Positions 1 through 9,965 of a DNA stretch of 64,000 nt are shown one piece after another; positions within the stretch are counted from its first letter, which is position 1; each line of letters begins with the position of its first letter. The notes below the pieces were generated by a model that had not been told where the DNA came from, did not search any database, and was given only the letters and a program-made list of their open reading frames with translations. The stretch is from Octopus sinensis. Lineage: Eukaryota. Location of the stretch: the NCBI RefSeq assembly GCF_006345805.1, contig NC_043017.1:14880001-14944000 (forward strand). Reading direction: 5' to 3'. Both the position numbers and the translations under genes were made by a program.

Positions 1-1029
1 GATTGATACATCGACTGTCAGAGATCAATTGAAATCAATTAAAAGTTTCTGCTTGCAAGGTCATCAATAAATGAGAATTGCAGCTATAAACCATTCGATC
101 ATTATTTTATTTGTCTGAATATAAAGAATTTGAAGCTGTCTTTATGTACGTCCACATGAAGACACACATTCATAAATACATGTCCACAAATACACACACA
201 CACGTTCTTACATATGTATAGTTAAACTTATTTCCTCCTATCGTCTACCCCACTTCAGAGCTGGGTCTGTCACAGCCGTGCCGGGAGGGCAATGTGCTCC
301 AACTGATGTTGTGCCATTTCACTTCCGTTGCAGCTACATCGTTGGTTAGGGCTGATACAATGTGGACGTTACCGAAGGAATTTGAGAAAGAACGAAAGAA
401 AGAGACAAGCTATTCAAAGAAGAAAAAGCAACAACATTCTACAAGTTTCCGGTACTTTATCACAAGTGGAAAGAAGAGGAGGAAGAGTCGAGTTAAGCGA
501 GATTTGGTAGTAGAACGCAAAACCCGAAGCAATTATCACAAGGTATTTTGTCCGGTGCTCTACCGATTCTGCCAATCGGCTACTCCTAACATATGTAAAT
601 TTAAAGGAATGAAGACTAAAATAGGAATAAGTGTGACTCTTTAAATGAAGAATGAAATATTTGGTCTTTTGTATAATGTTTAGTCAATATTATTGGACCA
701 GGGGTGGTGCGTGGAGGGAAGCAGATGACTGTGTGTGCGTGTGTGTGTGTGTGTGTGCATGTGTGTGAGTTATAACAGGAGAGGGATAGATAATTCGTCT
801 GGCGGTAAGAGGGTTATAGCGAGGTAGGTAAGAGTGGGAAATGATTAGGGTGAGGGAATTTGTTGTGGTATGGAGGTGAAAAGAGTGGGGTAGATAATAG
901 AGGTTAGGGTAGTTTCAATTTCTTGGAAGAACCAGTCCAATCCATTCAAGGTAATAATGTTCTGGGGAAATATGTGAAAACCCAACTTTTCTGGTTCCCA
1001 CTCTCCTTTGAAATTTCATGTGATTATAC

Positions 1030-1113
1030 GAATTTGAACTCTGAACATAAAGACAGACAAAATGCCGCTGAGCATTTCGCCCGTCATGCTGACGATTCTG
1101 CCAGCTCGCCGCC
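1030..1113 (-). mobile_element. tRNA-derived SINE, family A (5' part)
   Basis: Reverse complement reads GGCGGCGAGCTGGCAGAATCGTCAGCATGACGGGCGAAATGCTCAGCGGCATTTTGTC...GAGTTCAAATTC, matching the other family A copies in the window. Confidence 0.75.
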
Positions 1114-1127
1114 GTAATAATAATAGT

Positions 1128-1338
1128 TTCAAATTTTGCCACAAGGGCAGCCATATTGTGGGAGGCGACAAGTCGTTTACATCTGCCCCGGTGTTTCACT
1201 GGTATTAAATTTACCGACCCACGAAAGGATGAAAGGCAAAATCAACCTCGGCAGAACTTGAACTCAGAACGTAAAGATGGACGAAGTGCCGCTAAGTATT
1301 TAATCCGATGTGCTAACGACTCTGCCAGCTTTCCTCCA
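1128..1338 (-). mobile_element. tRNA-derived SINE, family A (diverged, near full length)
   Basis: Contains GAAAGGATGAAAGGCAAAATCAACCTCGGCAGAACTTGAACTCAGAACGTAAAG, homologous to copies at 16705, 58781, 30473 and 35299. Confidence 0.8.
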
Positions 1339-1349
1339 TAATATTAAAA

Positions 1350-1435
1350 AAGAAGAAAGAAGAATAATAAAGAAGAAGGAGAAGAAGAAGAAGAAGAAGA
1401 AGAAGACAGAGGATAAAGAGCGAGAAGACGACGAC
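1350..1435. repeat. (GAA)n-rich microsatellite
   Basis: Directly visible. Confidence 0.9.
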
Positions 1436-1855
1436 GTAAAATGTGCTGCAGGAATGAATGAAGTTGAAGATTAAAAAGAAGACGGAAAAAGGAGATGAAA
1501 AAAGAATGAAAATGAAAAGCCATTTCTGTGTTCCAGTAGAAATGTCAAATGTTCTGGCAGACGTAAATATTTCCATCATTAAAATTCTTGACCTTCAATA
1601 ACTTTTATGTTTTTCGCCAATTCCAGCTGAAATCTAGAATTTCCAATATTGGATATTTCTTTTCTATTCACCAATCTACTAATCCCAGATGGAAGGAATC
1701 GCTTCCATTTGGCGATTCTTCATTGAATGGACGACAACTTATTTTATGTCACCTTGGAGTGGGTATCAACAATTCACTTTCATCTTTCACCAGCTGTGAG
1801 AGGCATAGAGAGAAGTGAAGACACAAACACCGACAGATACAAACTTGCATATCTA

Positions 1856-2053
1856 TATATTTATACGTGTGGGTGTGTATATATGAATATATGTATGCAC
1901 ATATATGTATATATAGTGCTGTTGACACAGCCGAACTGAATGGTACTGGCCAGGTGTCGAAACCATAACGATATCCATGGGGCAGCTGGTGATGGAGGCA
2001 TGTCGGATTATTGGTATGGCTGTGGAATAGTATTATAACACAGCCTTTGGATG

Positions 2054-2101
<48 letters not shown>

Positions 2102-2355
2102 ATATATATATTATGATATATAATATATATATATATATATATATAATATATATTATATATCCAAAGGCTGTGTTATAATACTATTCCACAGTCGCCACAA
2201 CAATTCAACATGCCTCCATCACCAGCTGCCCCATGGATATCGTTATGGTTTCGACACCTGGCCAGTACCATTCATTTCGGCTGTGTCAACAGCACTATAT
2301 ATACATATATGTGCATACATATATTCATATATACACACCCACACGTATAAATATA
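1856..2355. repeat. Long inverted repeat: 197-bp arms 1856-2052 and 2159-2355, with a mostly (TA)n spacer
   Basis: The right arm's reverse complement matches the left arm except for 1 isolated mismatch and a cluster of 8 mismatches within 16 nt. Confidence 0.95.
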
Positions 2356-3370
2356 AACTTAGATAAACTTAAATTTGTTTCGACCAAAGATTGGTCCAGG
2401 CCATGTCTAACTTAATAGCACCACCTGATAGGATTGTCTAAATCCTGTTTGAATCAAGTTTTGTTTGTGGTCTATTCAGGTAGTGAGTTTTTGTTGGGTG
2501 AGTTGTATCCAATTATGGGTGGCTTATCTGGTATTCCTTGAAGGAATCAATCCAGACTCTGTTTAAAGCTGATGGGATCCTTTTCCTCTTTGATCTTTTT
2601 CGGGACAATGTTAAATAGGGCAGGGCCTATTGAGGAAAAGAAATTATCTTGCAGTGCACATATATGCTGTGATCCTGAATTGGGCAGGGGACGTATGGCC
2701 CGTGGTCCCAGTCTTGGATGAACCTTGAAGCTAATGTTCAAGTCGTTTGGGCAAAGTTGGCGGTATATTCTCCACATCGTACAAATGATGTACCGCTCAC
2801 GGCGACGCTGGAGAGAGTAGAGTTTCAAGGTTTTAATGTGGTCCCAATAATCGAGAACAGCCATGCCTTCAGTTCGTTTAGTGAGTGCCCTCTGGGGTGA
2901 TTCAATCCTCGAGATGTTTTGTCTTGTATGGGGAGACCACAGTGGGCAGCAGTATTGAAGGTGTGGCCGTACAAAGGAGGAGAAAAGCGGTATGATGATA
3001 CCTTGTTCTCTGGACCGGAAGGTTCTTAAGATCCAGGAACTCATCGTACGAGCCATATCGACCTTATTGTTGATGTGTGCACTCCAACTAAGATTGTCAT
3101 CAACAATTATGCCCAGGTCTCTGATATTGTTAGAGGCTGTGAGCGGTTCCCCTGAAGGAAGAGAGTATGGCTGTTTTAGTGTGGACTTTCTTCCAAACTG
3201 CATCAGCTCAAATTTTCCCTCGTTCAGTTGCATTTTGTTTCCGTCGGCCCATTGACTCACAGCATATAGATCAGACTGGAGTTGAGTTCGGTCTCCCCAA
3301 GACAGTCCCCTGGGGAGCACCGCTGGTGACTTTTGCTGGGCTTGAGTGGACTCCATCGACTACAACATGT
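2356..3370 (-). mobile_element. CR1/L2-group LINE, 5'-truncated: reverse transcriptase C-terminal part plus 3' UTR
   Basis: ORF 2547-3356 carries DLGIIVDDNLSW, FVRPHLQYCCPLWSP and LKLYSLQRRRERY, typical CR1-group post-RT motifs. The coding tail continues after a frameshift toward about 2460. Confidence 0.9.
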
Positions 3371-3399
3371 TGTGTTCTATTCGCCAGGAAATACTTAAT

Positions 3400-3456
3400 A
3401 TAATATATATATATATGATATATATGATATATAATATATATATATATATATATATA

Positions 3457-3495
<39 letters not shown>
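3400..3495. repeat. (TA)n microsatellite
   Basis: Directly visible. Confidence 0.95.
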
Positions 3496-3500
<5 letters not shown>

Positions 3501-4171
3501 TGAGAATGTGTGTGTATCTGTCTGTCTGTCTGTGTATTTTCCTAAAACCTGAGAACTACACAACCAATTTCATTCAAATTTTACACATGCCTTACTTAGG
3601 GTCCGGGGAGTGTCATGGGCAAAAATGTTGAACTTCTTGCCTAGAGCGAGCCCATAGCGATATCATATCTTCTCCACTATTTCAGTATTACGTGTTAAAA
3701 GTGAAACAAAAACATTTCCTTATTTTATGTCAGATACTTTCACTTTAACAATAAAAATTAGAGATAATAATAACAATTGAATTATAAGTAGTAAGTAATA
3801 ATTAAAATCAAAATAAAGTATAATATAATAATTAAATCGTAACATAACAAAAGTAAAAATAGCAATTGGAATAAAATTGAATCAATAACTTGAACTTGAA
3901 TAAGTGGTTTCGCATGAATGGGAATAAATTAAAAATAAAATTAGTGTGCAGAAATGGAATAGTCCAGATGGAGCTGTGCACATACCCTTTTACCACGGCT
4001 AGCATTAAGCTAGCATTAAGTATCTATATGAAGTTTGGCTGTATGTAAGGTCTGTTTTCTCGAACAGCCGCTTCTACTGAGTACTGCTGTTGGTTTATGT
4101 CTTATCCATAAAGGACTATAGCTTCAACATGAGTACTGCTTTTTGATTCACCGTAAGGTTTGTTGTTATTA
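3489..4171 (+). mobile_element. Non-autonomous Helitron, 5' portion (runs into the assembly gap)
   Basis: Starts TATATATAAAACTGAGAATGTGTG...(TCTG)n and is homologous over about 650 bp to the complete copy at 36697-38234 (opposite strand). Confidence 0.75.
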
Positions 4172-4271
4172 NNNNNNNNNNNNNNNNNNNNNNNNNNNNN
4201 NNNNNNNNNNNNNNNNNNNNNNNNNNNNNNNNNNNNNNNNNNNNNNNNNNNNNNNNNNNNNNNNNNNNNNN
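4172..4271. other. Assembly gap (100 N)
   Basis: Run of N. Confidence 1.
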
Positions 4272-4435
4272 TAAAATTCCTTTGATGGGATCGGTATATT
4301 TTCATAGAATAATCTATGTGATATGCATCCATATTAAATTCTTCTGTATGTGAGAGTCCTCACCGATGTTAGGCGATAATCCAAAAAGGCCGTATTAGCT
4401 CTTAGTTCAGAATACGTCGTCCGGGAGGTGATTTA

Positions 4436-5703
4436 TGATAAAACGGTAAGATAACAAAAGAAAGAAAGAGACCTCATATTATGTAATAGAGGAAATTTAT
4501 CTATACACATAGTGTTACATTACTCGGTAGTCAAGATAAAACTCTGAGTTTCAGATGTGGAAGTGGAAATCCACAACACCATCTCTTCAATAGCGTTGCC
4601 CCAGTTTATAATAAGGTTTTAAAAGATAGTGGTTTTAGCGATAAAATAAAATATACACCTATCACTAGCCCAACAGTAAGGAAAAGGAATAATAGAAATA
4701 GGAAGGTCATCTGGTTTACGCCCCCTTACTCACCCGAGGTGGCCTTCAATATAGGTAAATATTTCCTAGCACTGATAGATAGACATTTTCCAGTTAACCA
4801 TACTTATAGGAAACTCTTCAATGACACAATTTAAAAATTAGTTTTAGTTCAACTACCAATTTAAAAAACTAATCAAACATAACATACAAAAAACACAAAA
4901 GAAAACAGCTGTTCATGCAGGATAAAGAATTGTGCCCGCTAAATGGAGCTTGCATGTCCAAGACCATCATATATGAAGCTACCGTAAACTCTATAACCAC
5001 TAAGACACACCGTTTCGACGAAGAAATACGTGGGCCTTACAGAGGGTAATTTCAAGGCCAGGTTCAATAACCACACTTTGAGCTTTAGGCACTGGAACAA
5101 AGAAAGCGACACAATTATCTAATCATATTTGGTCTTTAGAGATAAATTTCGATTATAACATACAATGGAAGATTTGGCCAGATGTAAGCCCTATACTAAC
5201 GGCAGCGGAAGGTGCGGTCCTATGCGACATGGAGAGATGGCTTATCTGGAAAAGCAGCTTAGACCCTACTACATGTCTAAACACAAGGACAGAGCTTTTC
5301 GGATCATGCCCACATGTGACTAAATTTCTGTTACGTTTTTGTTCCCCTAAATTAAACAGATAGAACATGCTTTCTATGTTATGTCCCAAGAAGAATTTAT
5401 ATATTTTTATATATTTTTATGTATTTTTATATAATTTTTATGACGAAATATGTGAGCGATGTATAAGTACGCAGGCAAGCAGAGTTATAACAGAGTAATT
5501 TCCCTTTATTTAACGGTATTTTTTCATAACGTTTTCAAATAGCCAGATAACCGAAGAGATGGTGTTGTGGATTTCCACTTCGGCATCTGAAACTTAGAGT
5601 TTTATCTTGACTACCGACTAATGTAACATATTGTATAGATAAATTTCCTCTATTTACATAATATTGAGGTCTCTTTCTTTCTTTTGTTATCTTACCGTTT
5701 TAT

Positions 5704-5705
<2 letters not shown>
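4436..5705 (+). mobile_element. Penelope-like element remnant (RT thumb and GIY-YIG endonuclease) with inverted terminal repeats
   Basis: Broken + strand translation gives RKVIWFTPPYS...IGKYFLALIDRHFP, IIYEATV, KYVGLTEGNFKARFNNH and CKPYTNGSGRC. Arms 4436-4588 and 5553-5705 are reverse complements. Confidence 0.85.
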
Positions 5706-5774
<69 letters not shown>

Positions 5775-5784
<10 letters not shown>

Positions 5785-5813
5785 ATATGTACAAGCACAT
5801 GCATATATGTGTG

Positions 5814-5882
<69 letters not shown>

Positions 5883-7817
5883 CTACATACATGCTGATAG
5901 ATAGATAGAGAAAGAGAGAGAATGTTAAAAAATATTCCACCACAAGTCGGGAAGTATGGAAATTTAATAAGAATGAAATGAGAGTTTCTTTTTCATATAA
6001 CTCTGAATTAATTTCAAAGTATATTATTATATTCAAATCATTTCGAAATACAATATGCATTGAAAAACAGATCTTCACAATCAGATTATTTCAAATGATA
6101 CTGCGTATTCCAAAATACATTACAACGGTTTCCAAAGTACAGTCAATAATTTCAAAGTAACTTATTAAACTCCTCAACCTCCATAATTAGAAAAAATCCA
6201 CAATTACTAAAGAACATAATTTCTTGCAGATGGTATTCATTACGGTGTAATAAGTTGCTGCTAGCTTTCATTCGAAGTAACCTCGTTATAGTTTCACTGG
6301 GACACAAAGCGATGTGAAATTGTATAAGTTATTAGATCAAAATTAAGAACGGATATAAATTTTTATACTCTTAATTATTCAAAAATAGAAGTGGAAATAT
6401 ATCTTATAAATAGAAAATGAGTTCGGAACAAGCACAATGTTTCTTTGTTGTTGTTGGATTCCGTGGTGTTGCACATCCATCTAAAAGGCTCCATGAGTCG
6501 TACATTTGTTGTGTTCCGATCACGTTTTAGTTATCGGTGTACAATCATTCATTTACCAGTGACATGCCTGTTCGGCCAATATAATTCTCACCCATCCACA
6601 GAATGTTATGACATAAATTTAGCTTTCTGAAAGGCATGTAAAGTTAACTTCTATTTTAAAAATTTTCCCATTTTTGAAGCAGAACATTGAGCCTTCGGAT
6701 ATACTGATACAAACTCTACAATTTTATTTTCCGCATTTTTAATTCTTTGGTTGTGCGTATTCATGATAGTAGACGGGAATTTGTTAAACGATTCTTCAAT
6801 GAAGATGGCTGTTTTTACTCTTAATTCATTTGTGTTTTTCCAAGATTCTCGATTTCGCGCTGTGAATTTTACCTAATTATGTTAAATAATTCAGTATTCT
6901 TAGAGAAGTGGATTGCAATGTACGCTAAAGCATCTATTTGATTTTTACAGTTCCTAAATCACTGTATATGTATATATATATATATATCTGTGTATATCTA
7001 TATCTGATCTTCCGTTTGCATTATTAATTAATGATACTGCATAACGTATATTATTTAGGATCTCTTTTAGTTCATTTCGTATTTCCTTTCGGGTTTTCGG
7101 ATTTGATACAATGGCGCTAATTTTTTCCTAGATTATACATTTTCTTGCGTTTTAGGCGACATGATAGAAAGCGAAAATATTGTTTTGAGTTCGTTGAATT
7201 ATAGTATATACTTATCTTATATGCATTTCGTATTTTTAATACATATATCTAAATACGATAACTTGTCTTTGATATATTCCACAGAAGAGTGGTTGCTCTT
7301 GTTAAGACTTTATAAAAATCTTGAATTCAGAAAGTCTATCGAAAACTTCTTCCCATAAGAAAATGCATTCGTCTTAATATTCCTCCCAGCTTCTCTTTGA
7401 ATGTACTTTAGAATCTCTTGTAATGTGTTTTGGAAAGAATATGATATTTAGGAGAAATGTAATAAGGCCTTTGGAAATAATCTCTACTAATCAGGATTTC
7501 GGTGCATTTTTTTGTATTTTGAAATGATTTCACTCTAATAATGTGATCTGGAATTAATTCACTGCAATACAAAAGGAAGAATGCATTTTCTTATTTTCCT
7601 CACCACTTACACACACACATACACATGATATGTACATATACGTATATATATATATATATATGATTTGAATATAATAATATACTTTGAAATTAATTCAGTG
7701 TTATATGAAAAAGAAACTCTCATTTCATTCTTATTAAATTTCCATACCTCCCGACTTGTGTGGAATATTTTTTAACATTCTCTCTCTTTCCCTATCTATC
7801 TATCAGCATGTATGTAG

Positions 7818-7904
<87 letters not shown>

Positions 7905-7929
7905 TGCATGTGCTTATACATATATACCT

Positions 7930-7961
<32 letters not shown>

Positions 7962-7990
7962 TGCATGTGCTTGTACATATATACCTTATA
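5775..7990. repeat. Inverted duplication: arms about 5775-6041 and 7660-7990, around a 1.6-kb spacer
   Basis: The unique core (CATGCTGATAGATAG...ATTCAAATCAT) has about 4 differences in about 170 bp between arms. The right arm has an extra internal tandem copy of the AAGGTATATATGTA-AAGCACATGC segment. Confidence 0.9.
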
Positions 7991-7991
7991 T

Positions 7992-8029
<38 letters not shown>

Positions 8030-8174
8030 CTATACATATATATCATAATTTATATATATGATATATATGTATATGTATATAAATATATAAGTGTATATGT
8101 ATGTATATATATATATATGTATGTATATGTGTATATGTACGTCTGTATGTATGCGTGCGTGTGTGCGTGCGCGT

Positions 8175-8863
8175 CTGCTGCTGGAGAGGACCGACCAGGT
8201 AAAGGACCTGGTTATCTTGGTGGATTCTTCCTTTTCGCCTTCGGCCCAGTGCGTCCATGCTGCCAACAAAGCACGCGGAGTTCTGTTTTTGATTCGACGG
8301 TCATTCGGAATGCTCACAGCAGCCATATTCCTACTACTCTATGTCACGCTGGTGAGACCCATATTGGAGTACGGGATTCAAGCCTCTTCTCCTTATCTCC
8401 TCAAAGACATACATCATCTCGAAAGAGTCCAGAAGCTGGCTACCCGCATGGTTCATGGTGTCCAGCATTTGTCTTATGAAGAAAGGCTGAAAACGCTCGA
8501 CCTTTATTCTCTAGAAGGACGACGACGCCGTGATCTCATTCTTGCTCACAACATCATAATCGGAAAGAGCTGTTCTTCACTCCTGCTCCAGAGCGTCGGC
8601 TGCGGGGTCATTCCGAAAAGCTCTATCTGCGACAGTTTCATCTCAATCGAAGGAGAGGGGCTTTCTCCGTCCGGGTTGCGGATCCGTGGAATGAGCTGCC
8701 GGACGAGATGGTGAATATGCCGACGACCGCTCGGTTCAAAGTCTCTCTTGACCAGAAATGGCCTGAACTCTTTGCATGACCATCCTCCCTCTACATGACT
8801 CCATGTCTCCCTACATGGCCTTGCTCTTTGCTTTTTGAGCCAAAAAATTAGCTTAACTTAACT
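8175..8863 (+). mobile_element. CR1-group LINE 3' end with (AACTT)n tail
   Basis: ORF contains [33 protein letters not shown] and [12 protein letters not shown]. After a frameshift it continues AFSVRVADPWNELP. It ends in TTAGCTTAACTTAACTTA. Confidence 0.9.
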
Positions 8864-9115
8864 TATGTGCACGTGCATGTGTGTGCGTGCGTGTGTATGT
8901 GCGTGTGTGTATCTGTTTATGTATATGCGTGAATATATGTACGTATGTATGTATGTATGTATGTACGTATGTATGTATGTATGTAGGTATGTATGTATGT
9001 ATGTATGTATGTATGTATGTGTGTATGTGTATGCATGTATGTGTGTATGTATGTGTATATATGTATGTATATATATGTATATGTATGGGTATACATGTAT
9101 ATATGTGTGTATGTG
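8864..9115. repeat. (TG)n/(TATG)n compound microsatellite
   Basis: Directly visible. Confidence 0.9.
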
Positions 9116-9167
9116 AATGAAGTATGAGGAAAAATTATAGGTGTAGACGAACTTTAATTCATAATCC

Positions 9168-9965
9168 AGGTTTAATCAATAAATATCCGTTCTGTTGCTA
9201 TAGGAACGAAGCTACAAGGAGAGTGAAGTTGCTGGGTACAGATTGACTTTAAAATGTTCCACGCCTGCGCACTAATTTTCTACTTTCCAGCTCATTTCCG
9301 ATGTTTACAGCAATGCTTTGAAGGAATGTATAGCGAGTGATCATCACAATAATCATGCCAGAGAAAGTTGAGCGGAGAATCTGCATCAAATTTTGCCAAG
9401 ACCTTGGCGATACCTGCCCAGAGGCCTACACAAAGTTTTCAAACATTTTCATCGTTCTCGACATAAATCAAGATCTTGCGCAACTAAAGCCCGTGTTTTG
9501 GGTCAGCTGAAAGCAGTTTTGATACAAACTTGGCAGACACGCGTTTCATACCCAAATCTTCAGTGATAATGGACTGAATTGAACTGTAACTAATCTGCAC
9601 ATCCTCTGATAACTCACGGATGTGATGTTTTTTCTCAGTTCTGCTGGTTGCGTTTCTCCCAGAACGTTCGTGAGTATCGACATTTTTTTCGGCCATCCTG
9701 GAAACGTCTGAACCACTCATAAACTTGTGAGCGGTTCGTACACTCCTCTTCATACACTTTCTGCAACTTTGCGCAGGCCTTTGAGTAGGTATCTCCATGA
9801 CATTTGTCTCTGTCATGGCCAACGCAACGATAACATGCTACACACCTTCCTTCCAAGCACCGCTGTAAACAAGAGAAGTGAACTAGAAAGTTAAATCTTA
9901 GTGCCCATTCACAGCAGAATTTAAGGTCAATCTGTGCCGGCAACAGTTCGGATACTTATTGATCG
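9168..9965. mobile_element. Mariner-derived composite: two convergent left (5') ends
   Basis: TIR-like AATCAATAAATATCCGTTCTGTTGC at 9170, with its inverse near 9940-9965. The + strand encodes EKVERRICIKFCQDLGDTCPEAY; the - strand encodes YEEECTNRSQVYEWFRRF...TEDLGMKRVSAKFV (mariner N-terminal HTH region). Confidence 0.75.

Noticed and set aside
250-340. HDV-like ribozyme on the - strand (GCC-CTCCC-GGC)
   Set aside because: L3 is too short, P1 needs three wobbles, and there is no P1.1 GG.
1610-1793. Selenoprotein-like frame with two in-frame TGA codons (- strand)
   Set aside because: No recognisable selenoprotein motif or SECIS. Chance TGA stops are expected.
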